From an uncultured Candidatus Saccharibacteria bacterium (GTDB lineage Bacteria > Patescibacteriota > Minisyncoccia > Phycocordibacterales > SBAW01): a DNA stretch of 64,000 nucleotides. The notes below the pieces were generated by a model. That model was not told the DNA's origin. It saw only the letters and a list, made by a program, of their open reading frames with translations, and did not search any database. The DNA is taken from positions 6,523 through 70,522 of the forward strand of contig CAYQPO010000005.1 in assembly GCA_964420015.1 (NCBI GenBank), read 5' to 3'. The position numbers and the translations under genes are program-made. The first letter of the stretch is position 1. Every line of letters begins with the position of its first letter. Of this stretch, positions 1 through 8,979 are shown piece after piece.

Positions 1-772
1 CTGCATCCATGACTATCCTCCTTTAGGTTGCAGTCATGTGGGTGGGGAGATTCTAAGCATGTGGCCTCCGGCTACGCTAAGCGCGCCCAAGGATATCGCA
101 CATCAAAAAATTCCCCACCCTTTCAAAGACTCCACGGTCGAAGTGCTTGAAAGGGTGCTCGATATCGCTCGAGCGGGCGGCAGGATTCGGACCTGCAAAA
201 GAATCAAGCAGCTGCTTCGAGCCACCGATCCTCCTTTGGGATAAAAGTGGCTTCACCACTCTCACCCCACAGGATGTCGCCCAAAAACACATGGACAGCA
301 TCGCGGTCGGTGGATGATACCGCGAGATATCGCCCACCTTGTACCTCTACTACACAGAGGTGGAAAGTCCCGCGCTCATCCACGACTCTTGCGGGTAGCA
401 CCCGCTTGGGTCGCAACCCGAAACGCTTAAGAATTACCAGCCCCAGTGGATTGAAGTGTGTGTTGCCGTAAAACATTTCTTTCTCCTGCCGCCGCAGCGG
501 CCTCTATGGGTTCAGTGCAAACGGATGTTTGCGCTGTATTCCAAAGGCGAGAGCCCGTAGCTCTCACAGCGTCTCTCTGGACGAGGAGTAGGTAAGCGGA
601 GATGGTTTGTCCGACTGAAGTTGGACTGCCAAACTAAACCAGCGTGTCTCTGCACGAGGCACCATCTCTTTGCTTAAGGGTCTTGCAACCCTTTCAAACA
701 TTCGAGCAAGTCAAATGCTTGAAAGGAGGGGCCGAAGTCGGCCCCAGTATTCCACGGGAGGAACGAAAAGCT

Positions 773-1009
773 TTACCAGCCGATGCGGGCGGTCGATTGG
801 TTGGGGTCCCAACCAATTGAACGCATCGAGGGCTTGGTACGCGCGGTCTGTTGCTCAGCAGTCGGCTGAGCGAGGCCGCGCTTATCAGACTTCGGCATTT
901 CGGCCGAATGTGCGGCATGCTCGATGATCACCCCCGCCGCAATAAGCAAGGCGATGGCGGTCAAAAAAGCGACGAGCATGCGGCGCCAGAGACGCGACTT
1001 CTGATTCAT
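773..1009 (-). CDS. small hypothetical membrane-anchored protein (78 aa)
   Basis: ORF track; one predicted TM helix (LVAFLTAIALLIAAGVII); good SD AAGGAG about 8 nt upstream of the ATG on the minus strand; only plausible ORF in the first 1.4 kb. Confidence 0.3.
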   Translation of the reverse strand: MNQKSRLWRRMLVAFLTAIALLIAAGVIIEHAAHSAEMPKSDKRGLAQPTAEQQTARTKPSMRSIGWDPNQSTARIGW

Positions 1010-1212
1010 GACGATTCTCCTTTTGGAATCTCGGGGACTCTCCGTAATTCATGATGAATTGCGGCCCCTCGTACCAATCCAACTAAATGAGTTAGACCGG
1101 CGACGAGGAACAACATTCCCGACTCTGGTCGGGACCCCGACCTTGTGTCGGGCTGATTCCTAATAAACGTCGCTATGCTTTTGTCAAAGAGTTTGACCAA
1201 CAAAAATTAAAA

Positions 1213-1250
1213 GGCGGACCAAGCTCGGGGGGCTAAGCTGGTCCGCCTTC
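1213..1250 (-). terminator. intrinsic terminator (minus orientation) downstream of the PilB-like gene
   Basis: GGCGGACC...GGTCCGCC stem followed on the minus strand by TTTTAATTTTTGTT. Confidence 0.4.
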
Positions 1251-1420
1251 GCGCTGGCCTGGGGCCTGCGCTAAACTTCGGCGGACGCTGCCTCCTCTAA
1301 CGGCGCGTCCAAAAACTTAAAATATATCGTTGATCTTGACTGTCTTACATGGTACACCCATCCTTGACTTTTGTCAAGTACTTAGGTCTTGTATTATCAA
1401 AAATGTAGCCCAAAATAAGG

Positions 1421-2911
1421 CTATTTTGCCAAACTGAGCACCTCCTCTATTGTGGTCAGCCCTTGGGCTGCCTTAAACAGAGCGTCTTCTATCAAATTGA
1501 GGCTCACTATCTCCCCCTCGGTCGTGTCCGTCCTACGGGCGAGGCCTTTTTCTTGCACCTCTTGCACCCCCAGCATGCCTTCGTAGCCCCCCGTGCACTC
1601 GCTGCAGGCTGCTGCGCGAGCAAACTGCACCTCTTTCCATGGCGTGTCTTTGGCGACGACCCCCTCTTCTTTAAGTGCGCTTAACACATGAGCAAAGTTT
1701 GCTCCGGCGGTCTCGAGCGCATCGCTCTCTTGGCGCGTGAGTTTGCGCTTGTCCAAAAACTTTTTACTGCACAATTTTTTTAGTACTGCCGAGTGCACAC
1801 GCAGCTCGGGCGCTTCGATCTCTGCGCCACCCTCGTTTGCAGCAAGTACCAAAATCCCGCGCGCTACAGCAAAGCGCGCAAGCGCGCTCATTTCGCTCCC
1901 TTGCAGTGGGTCGAGCATCACCACATCCGGGTCGCTCTTGAGCACCCCGCGGAGCAACGCCGCGGGGCTCAAGGCTCCACCCACTTCAACTTGGGCCACA
2001 CGCGGCAATGTTTGCGATACGCGCTCCTCTACCGAGGCGAGTGCCAACTCTGGCGTGTTGAGCAAGTCGAGTAGCGTGTAGAGGAGTGTTGTCTTGCCTG
2101 CCCCGAGGTTACTCGAGGGGCCTGTGCCCTCTACCAACAAAAGTCCGCGCCGACGATTTAAAAAGTGATGCACGCGCTCGAGCGCTTCGCCGTGCAAGCC
2201 TAAACTGCTGAGTGTCCAACCCGCTCTCTCGCGCTCGCGGATTATGTGGAGCACCATCTTTTCTCCCCCAACTGTAGAAAGAGACTGCACACTCACGCGC
2301 GCGTCTTCGCCATTCCCCAAATCGACTTTCAATCTGCTCTCTTTGGGTAGCGCCCCCGCTGAGATACCCGCAAGTGCTCGCAACTGCCCAAACAAGTTAC
2401 TCCCCGCCCCAGGCGGCAATGCAAAGGCGCTCCGCAGAATACCCCGGATCCTATAGCGCACCACCAGACTGCTCCCTAATTCCAGATGGATGTCGCTCGC
2501 ACCGCTCATAAAGGCATGGCGCAAGAGCACGTCGAGCAAATCGGGTGAGTTTGCAGCTTCGAGTTGTGCACCATACGCTTCGCGCAAATGTTTTTGATAA
2601 TGCAGCAGCGCCTTGACCATCGAGCCCCTCGTGGTCAGCCGCGGCACAAGGCGATAGCGACTTTCTAAAAACCCAAAGTGCTCCAGGTCGGCCAAATTGA
2701 GGAGCGCCACCTCGAGCGTGTGACCTTGCAGTGCAAAGCCTACAGCGTTGTGCTCGCGCGCCATGGGCTCGGGGATAACGAGCATCGCCTCTTTTGCAAT
2801 ATCTGCGGGCTCGAGAACTACAAACGGGACGCCGTTTGCGTGTGCAAACGCGTGGCGCTGCTCGTCGTCGCCCAACAACTCTCTACCCAACCAAGCAGGT
2901 GTATGCTCCAT
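1421..2911 (-). CDS. GspE/PilB-family type II secretion / type IV pilus assembly ATPase
   Basis: 496 aa; Walker A GPSSNLGAGKTTLLYTLL; GspE-type Asp box and His box region; C-terminal CSECTGGYEG zinc-finger-like motif; N-terminal GspII_E_N-like domain. Confidence 0.8.
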   Translation of the reverse strand: MEHTPAWLGRELLGDDEQRHAFAHANGVPFVVLEPADIAKEAMLVIPEPMAREHNAVGFALQGHTLEVALLNLADLEHFGFLESRYRLVPRLTTRGSMVKALLHYQKHLREAYGAQLEAANSPDLLDVLLRHAFMSGASDIHLELGSSLVVRYRIRGILRSAFALPPGAGSNLFGQLRALAGISAGALPKESRLKVDLGNGEDARVSVQSLSTVGGEKMVLHIIRERERAGWTLSSLGLHGEALERVHHFLNRRRGLLLVEGTGPSSNLGAGKTTLLYTLLDLLNTPELALASVEERVSQTLPRVAQVEVGGALSPAALLRGVLKSDPDVVMLDPLQGSEMSALARFAVARGILVLAANEGGAEIEAPELRVHSAVLKKLCSKKFLDKRKLTRQESDALETAGANFAHVLSALKEEGVVAKDTPWKEVQFARAAACSECTGGYEGMLGVQEVQEKGLARRTDTTEGEIVSLNLIEDALFKAAQGLTTIEEVLSLAK

Positions 2912-2934
2912 TTGTATTCATTATAAATCCAAAA

Positions 2935-2954
2935 GCGAGCTCGTATGAGCTCGC
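2935..2954. repeat. perfect palindrome GCGAGCTC-GTAT-GAGCTCGC about 25 nt upstream of the pilB-like start codon
   Basis: read directly in sequence; 8-bp arms, 4-nt spacer. Confidence 0.4.
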
Positions 2955-3428
2955 TTGTTGAGATGTGTCCTTGTCCCCGCCCCAAGCGCTGCACTCTGTA
3001 TCGGCTAGTAGTAAAAAGTTCCGAGAGTGGGCGTCGTGGTCCTATGCGCTTGGGGCGGGGCAGAAGGCTACACCTGACCTAGTCTTCGACCCTGCTGCAC
3101 CTGCCGAGTCCTCTGCTCTAGCATTCGGCCTGCCTGCGCAGGCAGGCGGCGACCTGTTTTCTTTGTTCTGCATGCTCGCTGCTGTAAAAGTGCTGATAAT
3201 GGTTACCAAAAAAAATTGCTCCTACGGCGGCCCTTGGCTGGTGTTTTTAGTAGTCATACCGTTTGTTATTTACTGCTAACACTGTAACTATATGCCTGGC
3301 CAAAATAGTGTCAACAGGTTTTGACACTCACTTTGTGGATAAGTATAAAAAGCTTTTATTTAAGGCCATATTTGACATATAAAAAAGCCAGTTCAGAGTA
3401 ACAAACTGGAGTTTTCAACATATGTTCT

Positions 3429-3458
3429 TTGACAACTATTGCTGACTTAAGCTACAGT
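3429..3458 (+). promoter_or_regulatory. sigma70-like promoter TTGACA-N18-TACAGT
   Basis: consensus -35 and TAnnnT -10 hexamers about 55 nt upstream of the sORF at 3518. Confidence 0.35.
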
Positions 3459-3517
3459 TGAATTGTCCGCTGAGATGTCTTGGCGGCAAACCTTGGGCTC
3501 AAAGGAGGCCTAAGATC

Positions 3518-3625
3518 ATGATGAAACACGTTCACCCGTCTCTCGCTTATACCCCGATGGTCGCCGGCGCGCTGACGCAGCACGGCAACACCGCGGAGGG
3601 CCCCGGCGGCGGGTGGCTGAAGTAA
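3518..3625 (+). CDS. candidate small ORF (35 aa, MMKHVHPSLAYTPMVAGALTQHGNTAEGPGGGWLK)
   Basis: not in the ORF track (<60 aa); near-perfect SD AAAGGAGG 7 nt upstream of ATG; own promoter upstream and hairpin+T-tract terminator downstream. Confidence 0.3.
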   Translation: MMKHVHPSLAYTPMVAGALTQHGNTAEGPGGGWLK

Positions 3626-3679
3626 TCGCCCGCAACCTGCGGCCAAGGCCCTAGCGGCCAGTAGCCCAGACTGCGAGAG

Positions 3680-3722
3680 CCGTGGTGCCCAGCGATATGC
3701 GGGTGCCACGGTTTTTATTTTT
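3680..3722 (+). terminator. intrinsic terminator (11-bp stem with 2 GU pairs, then TTTTTATTTTTT)
   Basis: CCGTGGTGCCC-N10-GGGTGCCACGG + T-tract; oriented for the plus strand; overlaps the 3' end of the convergent regulator gene. Confidence 0.4.
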
Positions 3723-4470
3723 CTGCCTCAGGTTTAATGCAGCCCCACATAAACTCAAACATCGAGCGCATACTGTCTGCAATTTGTTTATTTTCTATTA
3801 AAACCCCAAACAAAGTTCCCCGAAGGTTGGCAATGGCGACCTTGTCGTCATAAATAGCGATGTCATTGGTAACCTTAAGCACCTGCTCACTTACATGGCG
3901 TCGATCGGTACGTCCAAAACGCCCACAGAAAGGACCCGAGGCGCTGTTATAAATAATCCGCGCAGCAATGCCTTTTGCCTTGCGACGATCTGAGTACGCT
4001 TCGCGCTCTTTCTCATCAAAAACAGCAGCCATGGCATCGTAGGAATACATCACCAAAATGTTTTTGTCCTTCGCGGTGTCGAGTATCTGCTCACGCATCG
4101 TTACAATACCTTCTTTCCCGCTATAAAACCGCACGACGGGACGCTCGCCGGCTCCCTCAAACAAATGCGTGAGCTCAGGGAGAAGTGCGCTCAAGTCTTT
4201 TTCTTTAGCACCGATCTCCTGGCGCTTGGCCTCGAGGATCTTTTTTAAGTAGGTGGGCGACTCGGGGGCAAAGTAGGTCTTTTTGCCCTCTTCGTAGGTG
4301 CTCATGAGGCCCATTTTCATCAGCGCCTCTATTTGTACGTAGGTGGTTGAGCGGTTGACCTTGGCTGCTGTTGCCAACTTTTCGGCCGTAGTTTTGCCGA
4401 GCTCGAGCGCAGCCAAATAGACCCGCGCTTCTTTCTCCGAAAGTCCAATATCTTGGAGCTCTTTTAACAT
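3715..4470 (-). CDS. TrmB-family winged-helix transcriptional regulator (paralogue A)
   Basis: N-terminal LSEKEARVYLAALELG..TAEKLA...VNRSTTYVQIEALMKMGLM wHTH typical of TrmB; about 250 aa with a TrmB-type C-terminal domain. Confidence 0.7.
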   Translation of the reverse strand: MLKELQDIGLSEKEARVYLAALELGKTTAEKLATAAKVNRSTTYVQIEALMKMGLMSTYEEGKKTYFAPESPTYLKKILEAKRQEIGAKEKDLSALLPELTHLFEGAGERPVVRFYSGKEGIVTMREQILDTAKDKNILVMYSYDAMAAVFDEKEREAYSDRRKAKGIAARIIYNSASGPFCGRFGRTDRRHVSEQVLKVTNDIAIYDDKVAIANLRGTLFGVLIENKQIADSMRSMFEFMWGCIKPEAEK

Positions 4471-4499
4471 TTGACTAGTTTAACACGTAGCGCTATATT
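4471..4499 (+). promoter_or_regulatory. promoter TTGACT-N17-TATATT upstream of nusA
   Basis: hexamers read in sequence; a weak GC hairpin + T6 (about 4517-4537) follows in the leader. Confidence 0.35.
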
Positions 4500-4632
4500 G
4501 AGGACATCTGGTACTGCCCCGCGTGGGCGGTTTTTTCGTTAGAAAATAACGACCAGAGGGAGTATATTTTCTACGACCCCGAGGTCGTCGAGGGGTTCTC
4601 CAAACCTTAGCTAAAAAATAATTTTAACAAAC

Positions 4633-5883
4633 ATGTTTGACCTCAAAGTAATGAACTCGGTCCTCGGTGAACTCGAAGAGGAAAAGGGTATCCCCCGTGC
4701 CAAGGTGGTCGAGGCGATCGAGGCTGCGCTCGCCACCGCCTATAAAAAAGAATACGCAAAAAAAGGCCAAGTGATCCGCGCGCGCATCAACATGGACACG
4801 GGCACGACCGCTTTTGAGCAAATTAAAATGGTCGTCGATGAGTCGACGGTGCGTTTTGTCGAAGAGGGCGAAGAGGGCAGCTTTATCGACGAGAGCAGCG
4901 TCGAGCAAAAGGTAGATGCTGCGGGGAACCCTGTTGTTGAGCTGCCGCGCTACAACCCCGAGCAGCACATGCTCCTTGCCGACGCCAAGTTTATTAAGCG
5001 CGATGCCAAAGTGGGCGACGAACTCGTCTTCCCACTCGAACCCCACGAGGACTACGGCCGCATCGCAGCACAGACCGCCAAGCAGGTGATCATCCAAAAG
5101 ATCCGCGAGGCGGAGAAGGTTTCGGTCGTGGCCGAGTACGGCGCGCGCCAGGGCGAAATTATCTCCGGCACCGTGCAGCGCATGGAGCGCGGCAACCTCT
5201 ATGTTGATCTTGGCCGCGCGACGGGGATCTTGCCCTACGATGAGCAGATCCCCGGCGAGCGCTACCGCCAAGGTGAGCGGATTCGCGCGCTCCTCTACCA
5301 GGTAGAGGAGTCGCCGCGTGGTATTTATCTGCGTCTCTCACGCGGCAAGGGCGAGTTTTTGGCCAAGCTCTTCGCGATGGAGGTGCCCGAGGTCCAAAAC
5401 GGCGTGGTCACCTTTAAAGCGATCGCGCGCGAAGCGGGCAGTCGCTCTAAAGTGGCGGTCGCCTCGAGCGACCCGCACGTCGACCCGGTAGGCTCGCTTG
5501 TCGGCCAGCGCGGCGTGCGTGTTTCGACGGTGACCTCTGAGCTTGGTGGAGAAAAAATAGACATTATCGAGTGGAACGACAACCCCAAGAGTTTTATCGA
5601 AGAGGCACTCTCGCCTGCACGCATCCTTGAAGTCTCGCTCGACGAAGACGAGCACAAAGCGACCGTGAAAGTTGCCGAGGACCAACAAAGCCTCGCGATC
5701 GGCCGCGGCGGGCAAAACGTGCGCCTGGCAGCGAAGCTCACCGGCTGGCGCATCGACATCCAGTCGCTCGGGGGACAAAGGGTCGCCGAGGCGACCGAAG
5801 AAGGCGAGACGCAGGTCACGAGCAACGTGCAGGGCAAAGACGCTCCGGCGCCCGTCGCTCCCCCGCCGATTTCAGCTGAGTAG
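4633..5883 (+). CDS. nusA: transcription termination/antitermination factor NusA
   Basis: 416 aa; S1 and tandem KH domains (e.g. IGRGGQNVRLAAKLTGWRIDIQ). Confidence 0.9.
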   Translation: MFDLKVMNSVLGELEEEKGIPRAKVVEAIEAALATAYKKEYAKKGQVIRARINMDTGTTAFEQIKMVVDESTVRFVEEGEEGSFIDESSVEQKVDAAGNPVVELPRYNPEQHMLLADAKFIKRDAKVGDELVFPLEPHEDYGRIAAQTAKQVIIQKIREAEKVSVVAEYGARQGEIISGTVQRMERGNLYVDLGRATGILPYDEQIPGERYRQGERIRALLYQVEESPRGIYLRLSRGKGEFLAKLFAMEVPEVQNGVVTFKAIAREAGSRSKVAVASSDPHVDPVGSLVGQRGVRVSTVTSELGGEKIDIIEWNDNPKSFIEEALSPARILEVSLDEDEHKATVKVAEDQQSLAIGRGGQNVRLAAKLTGWRIDIQSLGGQRVAEATEEGETQVTSNVQGKDAPAPVAPPPISAE

Positions 5884-5910
5884 CAATTAGTTGAGCTAAA
5901 CTACATCTAT

Positions 5911-6441
5911 ATGAATTTGTGGCATGACATCGCTCCCGGCACGCCTGAGGAGCTCAACGTCATCATCGAGATCCCTAAAGGTTCGCACAACAAATACGAG
6001 GTAGATAAAGAGACGGGGCTTATCAAGCTCGACCGGGTCAACTACTCTGACGCAGCCTACCCGTTTGACTACGGCTTTGTGCCGCAAACACTGTGGGAGG
6101 ACGGCGACCCGCTTGATGTGATTGTGCTCTCGACCTTTCCACTCCACCCAGGTATTTTGCTCACCGTACGCCCCGTAGCGGTCATGGACATGATCGACAG
6201 CGGCGAAGGTGATGCAAAAATTATTGCCGTTCCCGCCGAGGACAAGCGCTGGGAGGACGTCCAGGACCTCGCCGACCTCAACCAGCACGCGCTTAAGGAG
6301 TACCGACATTTTTTTGAGACCTACAAAGCACTTAAAGGTAAGCCCGCTCCAGTTGAAATCCGCGGTATTAATGGCAAAGCCGAGGCCGTTGCTGCTATCA
6401 ACAAGTCGTTTGAACTCTACAAGCAGAAGTCTGCAAAGTAG
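5911..6441 (+). CDS. ppa: inorganic pyrophosphatase
   Basis: 176 aa; family I PPase motifs (NVIIEIPKGSHNKYEVD, DGDPLDVIVL). Confidence 0.9.
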   Translation: MNLWHDIAPGTPEELNVIIEIPKGSHNKYEVDKETGLIKLDRVNYSDAAYPFDYGFVPQTLWEDGDPLDVIVLSTFPLHPGILLTVRPVAVMDMIDSGEGDAKIIAVPAEDKRWEDVQDLADLNQHALKEYRHFFETYKALKGKPAPVEIRGINGKAEAVAAINKSFELYKQKSAK

Positions 6442-6456
6442 GGGTACAATCGGGGC

Positions 6457-7191
6457 ATGACACGAGCCCAACTTTTGGTCGCGATTATTAGTAGTATTTT
6501 ATTAGCAGCTCCTGCGTTTGCGTTCGCTCAAGAAGGCCCCGGTGGCCCTGGCCCAGGGTTCTTCCCCTCGCCGGAGAATCTTCGCCACATCGCTTCGACC
6601 ACTAAAAATTTTATTGAGGACCATCCGCGGCTCTTTGGTTCGAGCACACCGCCGCGTGAGGGAGGCTATCCCGGCATGATGGGCAGCTCCACCATTGAGT
6701 GGCGCATGGAGCTCCGGCAAAAAATCGAGGACAAACGCCAAGAGGTCGAGGAAAAAATCGATGCGGCGAGGCAAAAAGCTGCACAAAAGTTTGGCCAGGC
6801 GGTGCAGACGAGCGTTGGCAATATTACTGACATGCTCTCGAGACATGTCGACGACCTCTCCAAAATAGCCGACAAGCTCGACAGCCGCATCAACGAGCTC
6901 GAGCAAACAGGAGCCGACACCTCGAGCGCCGTAGCGCTCCTTGCCCAAGCGCGCACCGACATTACTGCGGCTCAAACGGCGGTGAGCGCCGTGGGCACGG
7001 CACTTTCTGCAGCACTCTCGAGCTCTAACCCCAAGGGTCAAATGGAGACGATCCGCACCGCGATCAACAGTGCACAAACGGCGATCAAAACGGCAAAAGA
7101 GGACCTCCAAAAGACGTTCGATGCGGTGCGGACAGTGCGCCAAACCCAAGCACAAGCGCAAGCGAGCACGAGTGCTCAAACTAACCCCTAG
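6457..7191 (+). CDS. secreted or TM-anchored coiled-coil hypothetical protein
   Basis: N-terminal hydrophobic segment, then Ala/Gln-rich heptad-like repeats; no recognisable catalytic motif. Confidence 0.45.
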   Translation: MTRAQLLVAIISSILLAAPAFAFAQEGPGGPGPGFFPSPENLRHIASTTKNFIEDHPRLFGSSTPPREGGYPGMMGSSTIEWRMELRQKIEDKRQEVEEKIDAARQKAAQKFGQAVQTSVGNITDMLSRHVDDLSKIADKLDSRINELEQTGADTSSAVALLAQARTDITAAQTAVSAVGTALSAALSSSNPKGQMETIRTAINSAQTAIKTAKEDLQKTFDAVRTVRQTQAQAQASTSAQTNP

Positions 7192-7211
7192 CCACCTAAT
7201 CTACTCTCTTT

Positions 7212-7559
7212 ATGCCTCCACAAAATCCTTCGACAAGCTCAGGACAGAGTCCAAACCAACCGCCGATGCAACCCGCTCCTGCTCCGGTTGCGCCCGCCAG
7301 CGAGCCCGCTCCTACGCAACCCATGGCGCCCAAGTCGGGCAGCAATTGGGGCGCGATTATCGGCATACTGGTCATCGTCGCGCTACTGGCGCTCGGTGGC
7401 GCATACTTCTTCTACACCGAACGAGAGATGGCCCAGACGCCGGCCGCTAACACCGAGGCACAGAACCCGACCAGCGACCAGTCTATCCAAAACGATCTCA
7501 ATGCCACCGGGAGCGCCGACGCTTCAGCCGACGTTGAAAATTTGAACAACTCGCTGTAG
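7212..7559 (+). CDS. small Pro/Ala-rich membrane protein
   Basis: PAPAPVAPASEPAPTQP low-complexity N-terminus, then one TM helix (WGAIIGILVIVALLALGGAYFFY). Confidence 0.4.
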   Translation: MPPQNPSTSSGQSPNQPPMQPAPAPVAPASEPAPTQPMAPKSGSNWGAIIGILVIVALLALGGAYFFYTEREMAQTPAANTEAQNPTSDQSIQNDLNATGSADASADVENLNNSL

Positions 7560-7568
7560 TATCACTCC

Positions 7569-8636
7569 GTGTTCGAAACTACAACCGCCCAATTTAGTGT
7601 CAAAAACCTCCCCGAGTCAGAGGTCGAACTCTCCGGGGAGGTCTCGTATGATCTTATAGCCCGCTATCGCGAAAAGGCACTTGGCCACATAGTCGAGCAC
7701 CTCGAGTTGCCCGGCTTTAGGCCCGGGAAAGTGCCTCCTGAGATGGCACTCAAAAAAGTCGGCGAGCAATCGGTGCTCGAAGAGGCAGTGGAGCTTTTTG
7801 TAAAGGACTTCTACCCCGCGCTCATCGAGGCCAAAGCTATTGATGCGGTTGGTCGCCCCGAGATCCGCATTACCAAGCTCGCTGCGGGCAACCCGGTGGG
7901 GCTAACCATCCGCGCCACTGTGTACCCTGAGATTACGCTGCCGAAAAACTATAAAGAGTTGAGCACAAAAATCCCGCTCGAGCCGGCGCTTGCCGCAACC
8001 GACGAAGAAGTAGCGCAAACCCTTGAGAGTTTGCAAAAGAGCCGCCAACAAAAAGACCAACCATTGCCTGAGCTTACTGATGAATTTGCCAAAAGCATCG
8101 GTGCGTTTGAAAGCCTTGAGCAGCTGCGTGAGCAGATTAAAAAAGGCATCGGTGAGGAGAAGGCCCATAAAGCACGCGACGCTCGCCGTGGCAAAATAAT
8201 CGAGGCGCTTTTGCAAGACACCAAAGTTGCGGTGCCGCGCCTTTTTGTTGAGAGCGAGCTGGAGAAGATTATGGCGCAAATGCGCGAGGATATTGCGCGC
8301 CTGCCTGCGCAGGCAGGCATGGGGCTCAAATTTGAGGACTATTTGAAACACTCGGGCAAGACCGAAGAGGGTATACGCAACGAGTTTAAGGATCAAGCCA
8401 CAAAGCGCGCCAAGCTACAGCTAGTACTCAATAAAATTGCCACTGAAGAAAAGCTCGAACCTGAGGCTGCAGTGGTGGAGCATGAGATGAGCCATGCGCT
8501 GCAACACTTCCCCGACGCCAACCCTGAGTTGCTTAAAATCCACGTCGAGACGGTGCTCAAAAACGAGCTGACGCTTCGGCTGCTCGAAGGCAACAAGGAA
8601 CCTCTCGCGCGCTCGAACCACGACCACCAGCATTAA
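7569..8636 (+). CDS. tig: trigger factor (short form)
   Basis: GTG start; N-terminal ribosome-binding-domain-like region, then PPIase/C-terminal arm-like regions; upstream of clpP as in the usual tig-clpP arrangement. Confidence 0.8.
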   Translation: MFETTTAQFSVKNLPESEVELSGEVSYDLIARYREKALGHIVEHLELPGFRPGKVPPEMALKKVGEQSVLEEAVELFVKDFYPALIEAKAIDAVGRPEIRITKLAAGNPVGLTIRATVYPEITLPKNYKELSTKIPLEPALAATDEEVAQTLESLQKSRQQKDQPLPELTDEFAKSIGAFESLEQLREQIKKGIGEEKAHKARDARRGKIIEALLQDTKVAVPRLFVESELEKIMAQMREDIARLPAQAGMGLKFEDYLKHSGKTEEGIRNEFKDQATKRAKLQLVLNKIATEEKLEPEAAVVEHEMSHALQHFPDANPELLKIHVETVLKNELTLRLLEGNKEPLARSNHDHQH

Positions 8637-8675
8637 ATTCACCTAGGTTAAACCTAGGTGTTACGACAAGAAAAA

Positions 8676-8700
8676 GGCCCCGCCGGAGCGGGGCCTTTTC
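8676..8700 (+). terminator. intrinsic terminator after tig
   Basis: GGCCCCGCC-GGA-GCGGGGCC + TTTT; an additional CACCTAGG-N5-CCTAGGTG palindrome lies just 5' of it. Confidence 0.5.
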
Positions 8701-8722
8701 AGAACCGAACGAAGAACTTTCT

Positions 8723-8869
8723 CTAGCGTCGGTAGCGCCGGCACGGCCACAAGCTGCGGACAACCTGTACCACGCCCGACACAAGGAGCGCCACACCGAG
8801 CACGGTAAAGACCGCCACGCCCATAAATTCAACCGGCTTGAGACCGGCAACTATATTGAGAGTATTCAC
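8723..8869 (-). CDS. candidate 48-aa single-TM membrane protein
   Basis: GTG start with SD GGGAGG 5 nt upstream; C-terminal TM ([20 protein letters not shown]); in frame with the longer antisense ORF in the track. Confidence 0.3.
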   Translation of the reverse strand: MNTLNIVAGLKPVEFMGVAVFTVLGVALLVSGVVQVVRSLWPCRRYRR

Positions 8870-8944
8870 GGGAACCTCCCTCTGATGAGCCGCCGTCTGC
8901 GAACACAGTACGGCCGAGAAAAACCCTGTGGTGCTATTGTGCGC

Positions 8945-8973
8945 TTGATATAGAGAGCGGTCAAGACTATACT
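8945..8973 (+). promoter_or_regulatory. promoter TTGATA-N17-TATACT; the -10 is only 6 nt from the clpP ATG (leaderless-type)
   Basis: hexamers read in sequence; no SD before the ATG. Confidence 0.4.
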
Positions 8974-8979
8974 GTCCCC

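Noticed and set aside
330-480. A GGAAAGUCCCGCGCUC string resembling the RNase P RNA P4 5' strand
   Set aside because: No complementary P4 3' strand (CGCGGGACUU) and no other conserved RNase P motifs (GGUGAAANGGUGCGGUAAGAGCGCACC, ACAGAACCCGGCUUA) within reach; probably coincidence.
2963-2971. Additional TGTCCTT 7-mer matches (2963, 19067) that might be further copies of the TGTCCTTTA repeat
   Set aside because: About 8 chance occurrences of any 7-mer are expected in 64 kb on both strands; only the clustered full 9-mer copies are significant.
3452-3709. 85-aa minus-strand ORF from the track overlapping the small plus-strand ORF
   Set aside because: GTG start without an RBS, it contains the terminator hairpin, and it lies downstream of regulator A's stop; the high-GC antisense frame is likely spurious. 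The SD-bearing plus-strand sORF is preferred, though with low confidence.
4517-4537. GC hairpin + T6 in the nusA leader as a transcription attenuator
   Set aside because: The stem is only about 4 bp (CCGC/GCGG), too weak to call a terminator confidently; kept only as a note on the nusA promoter feature.
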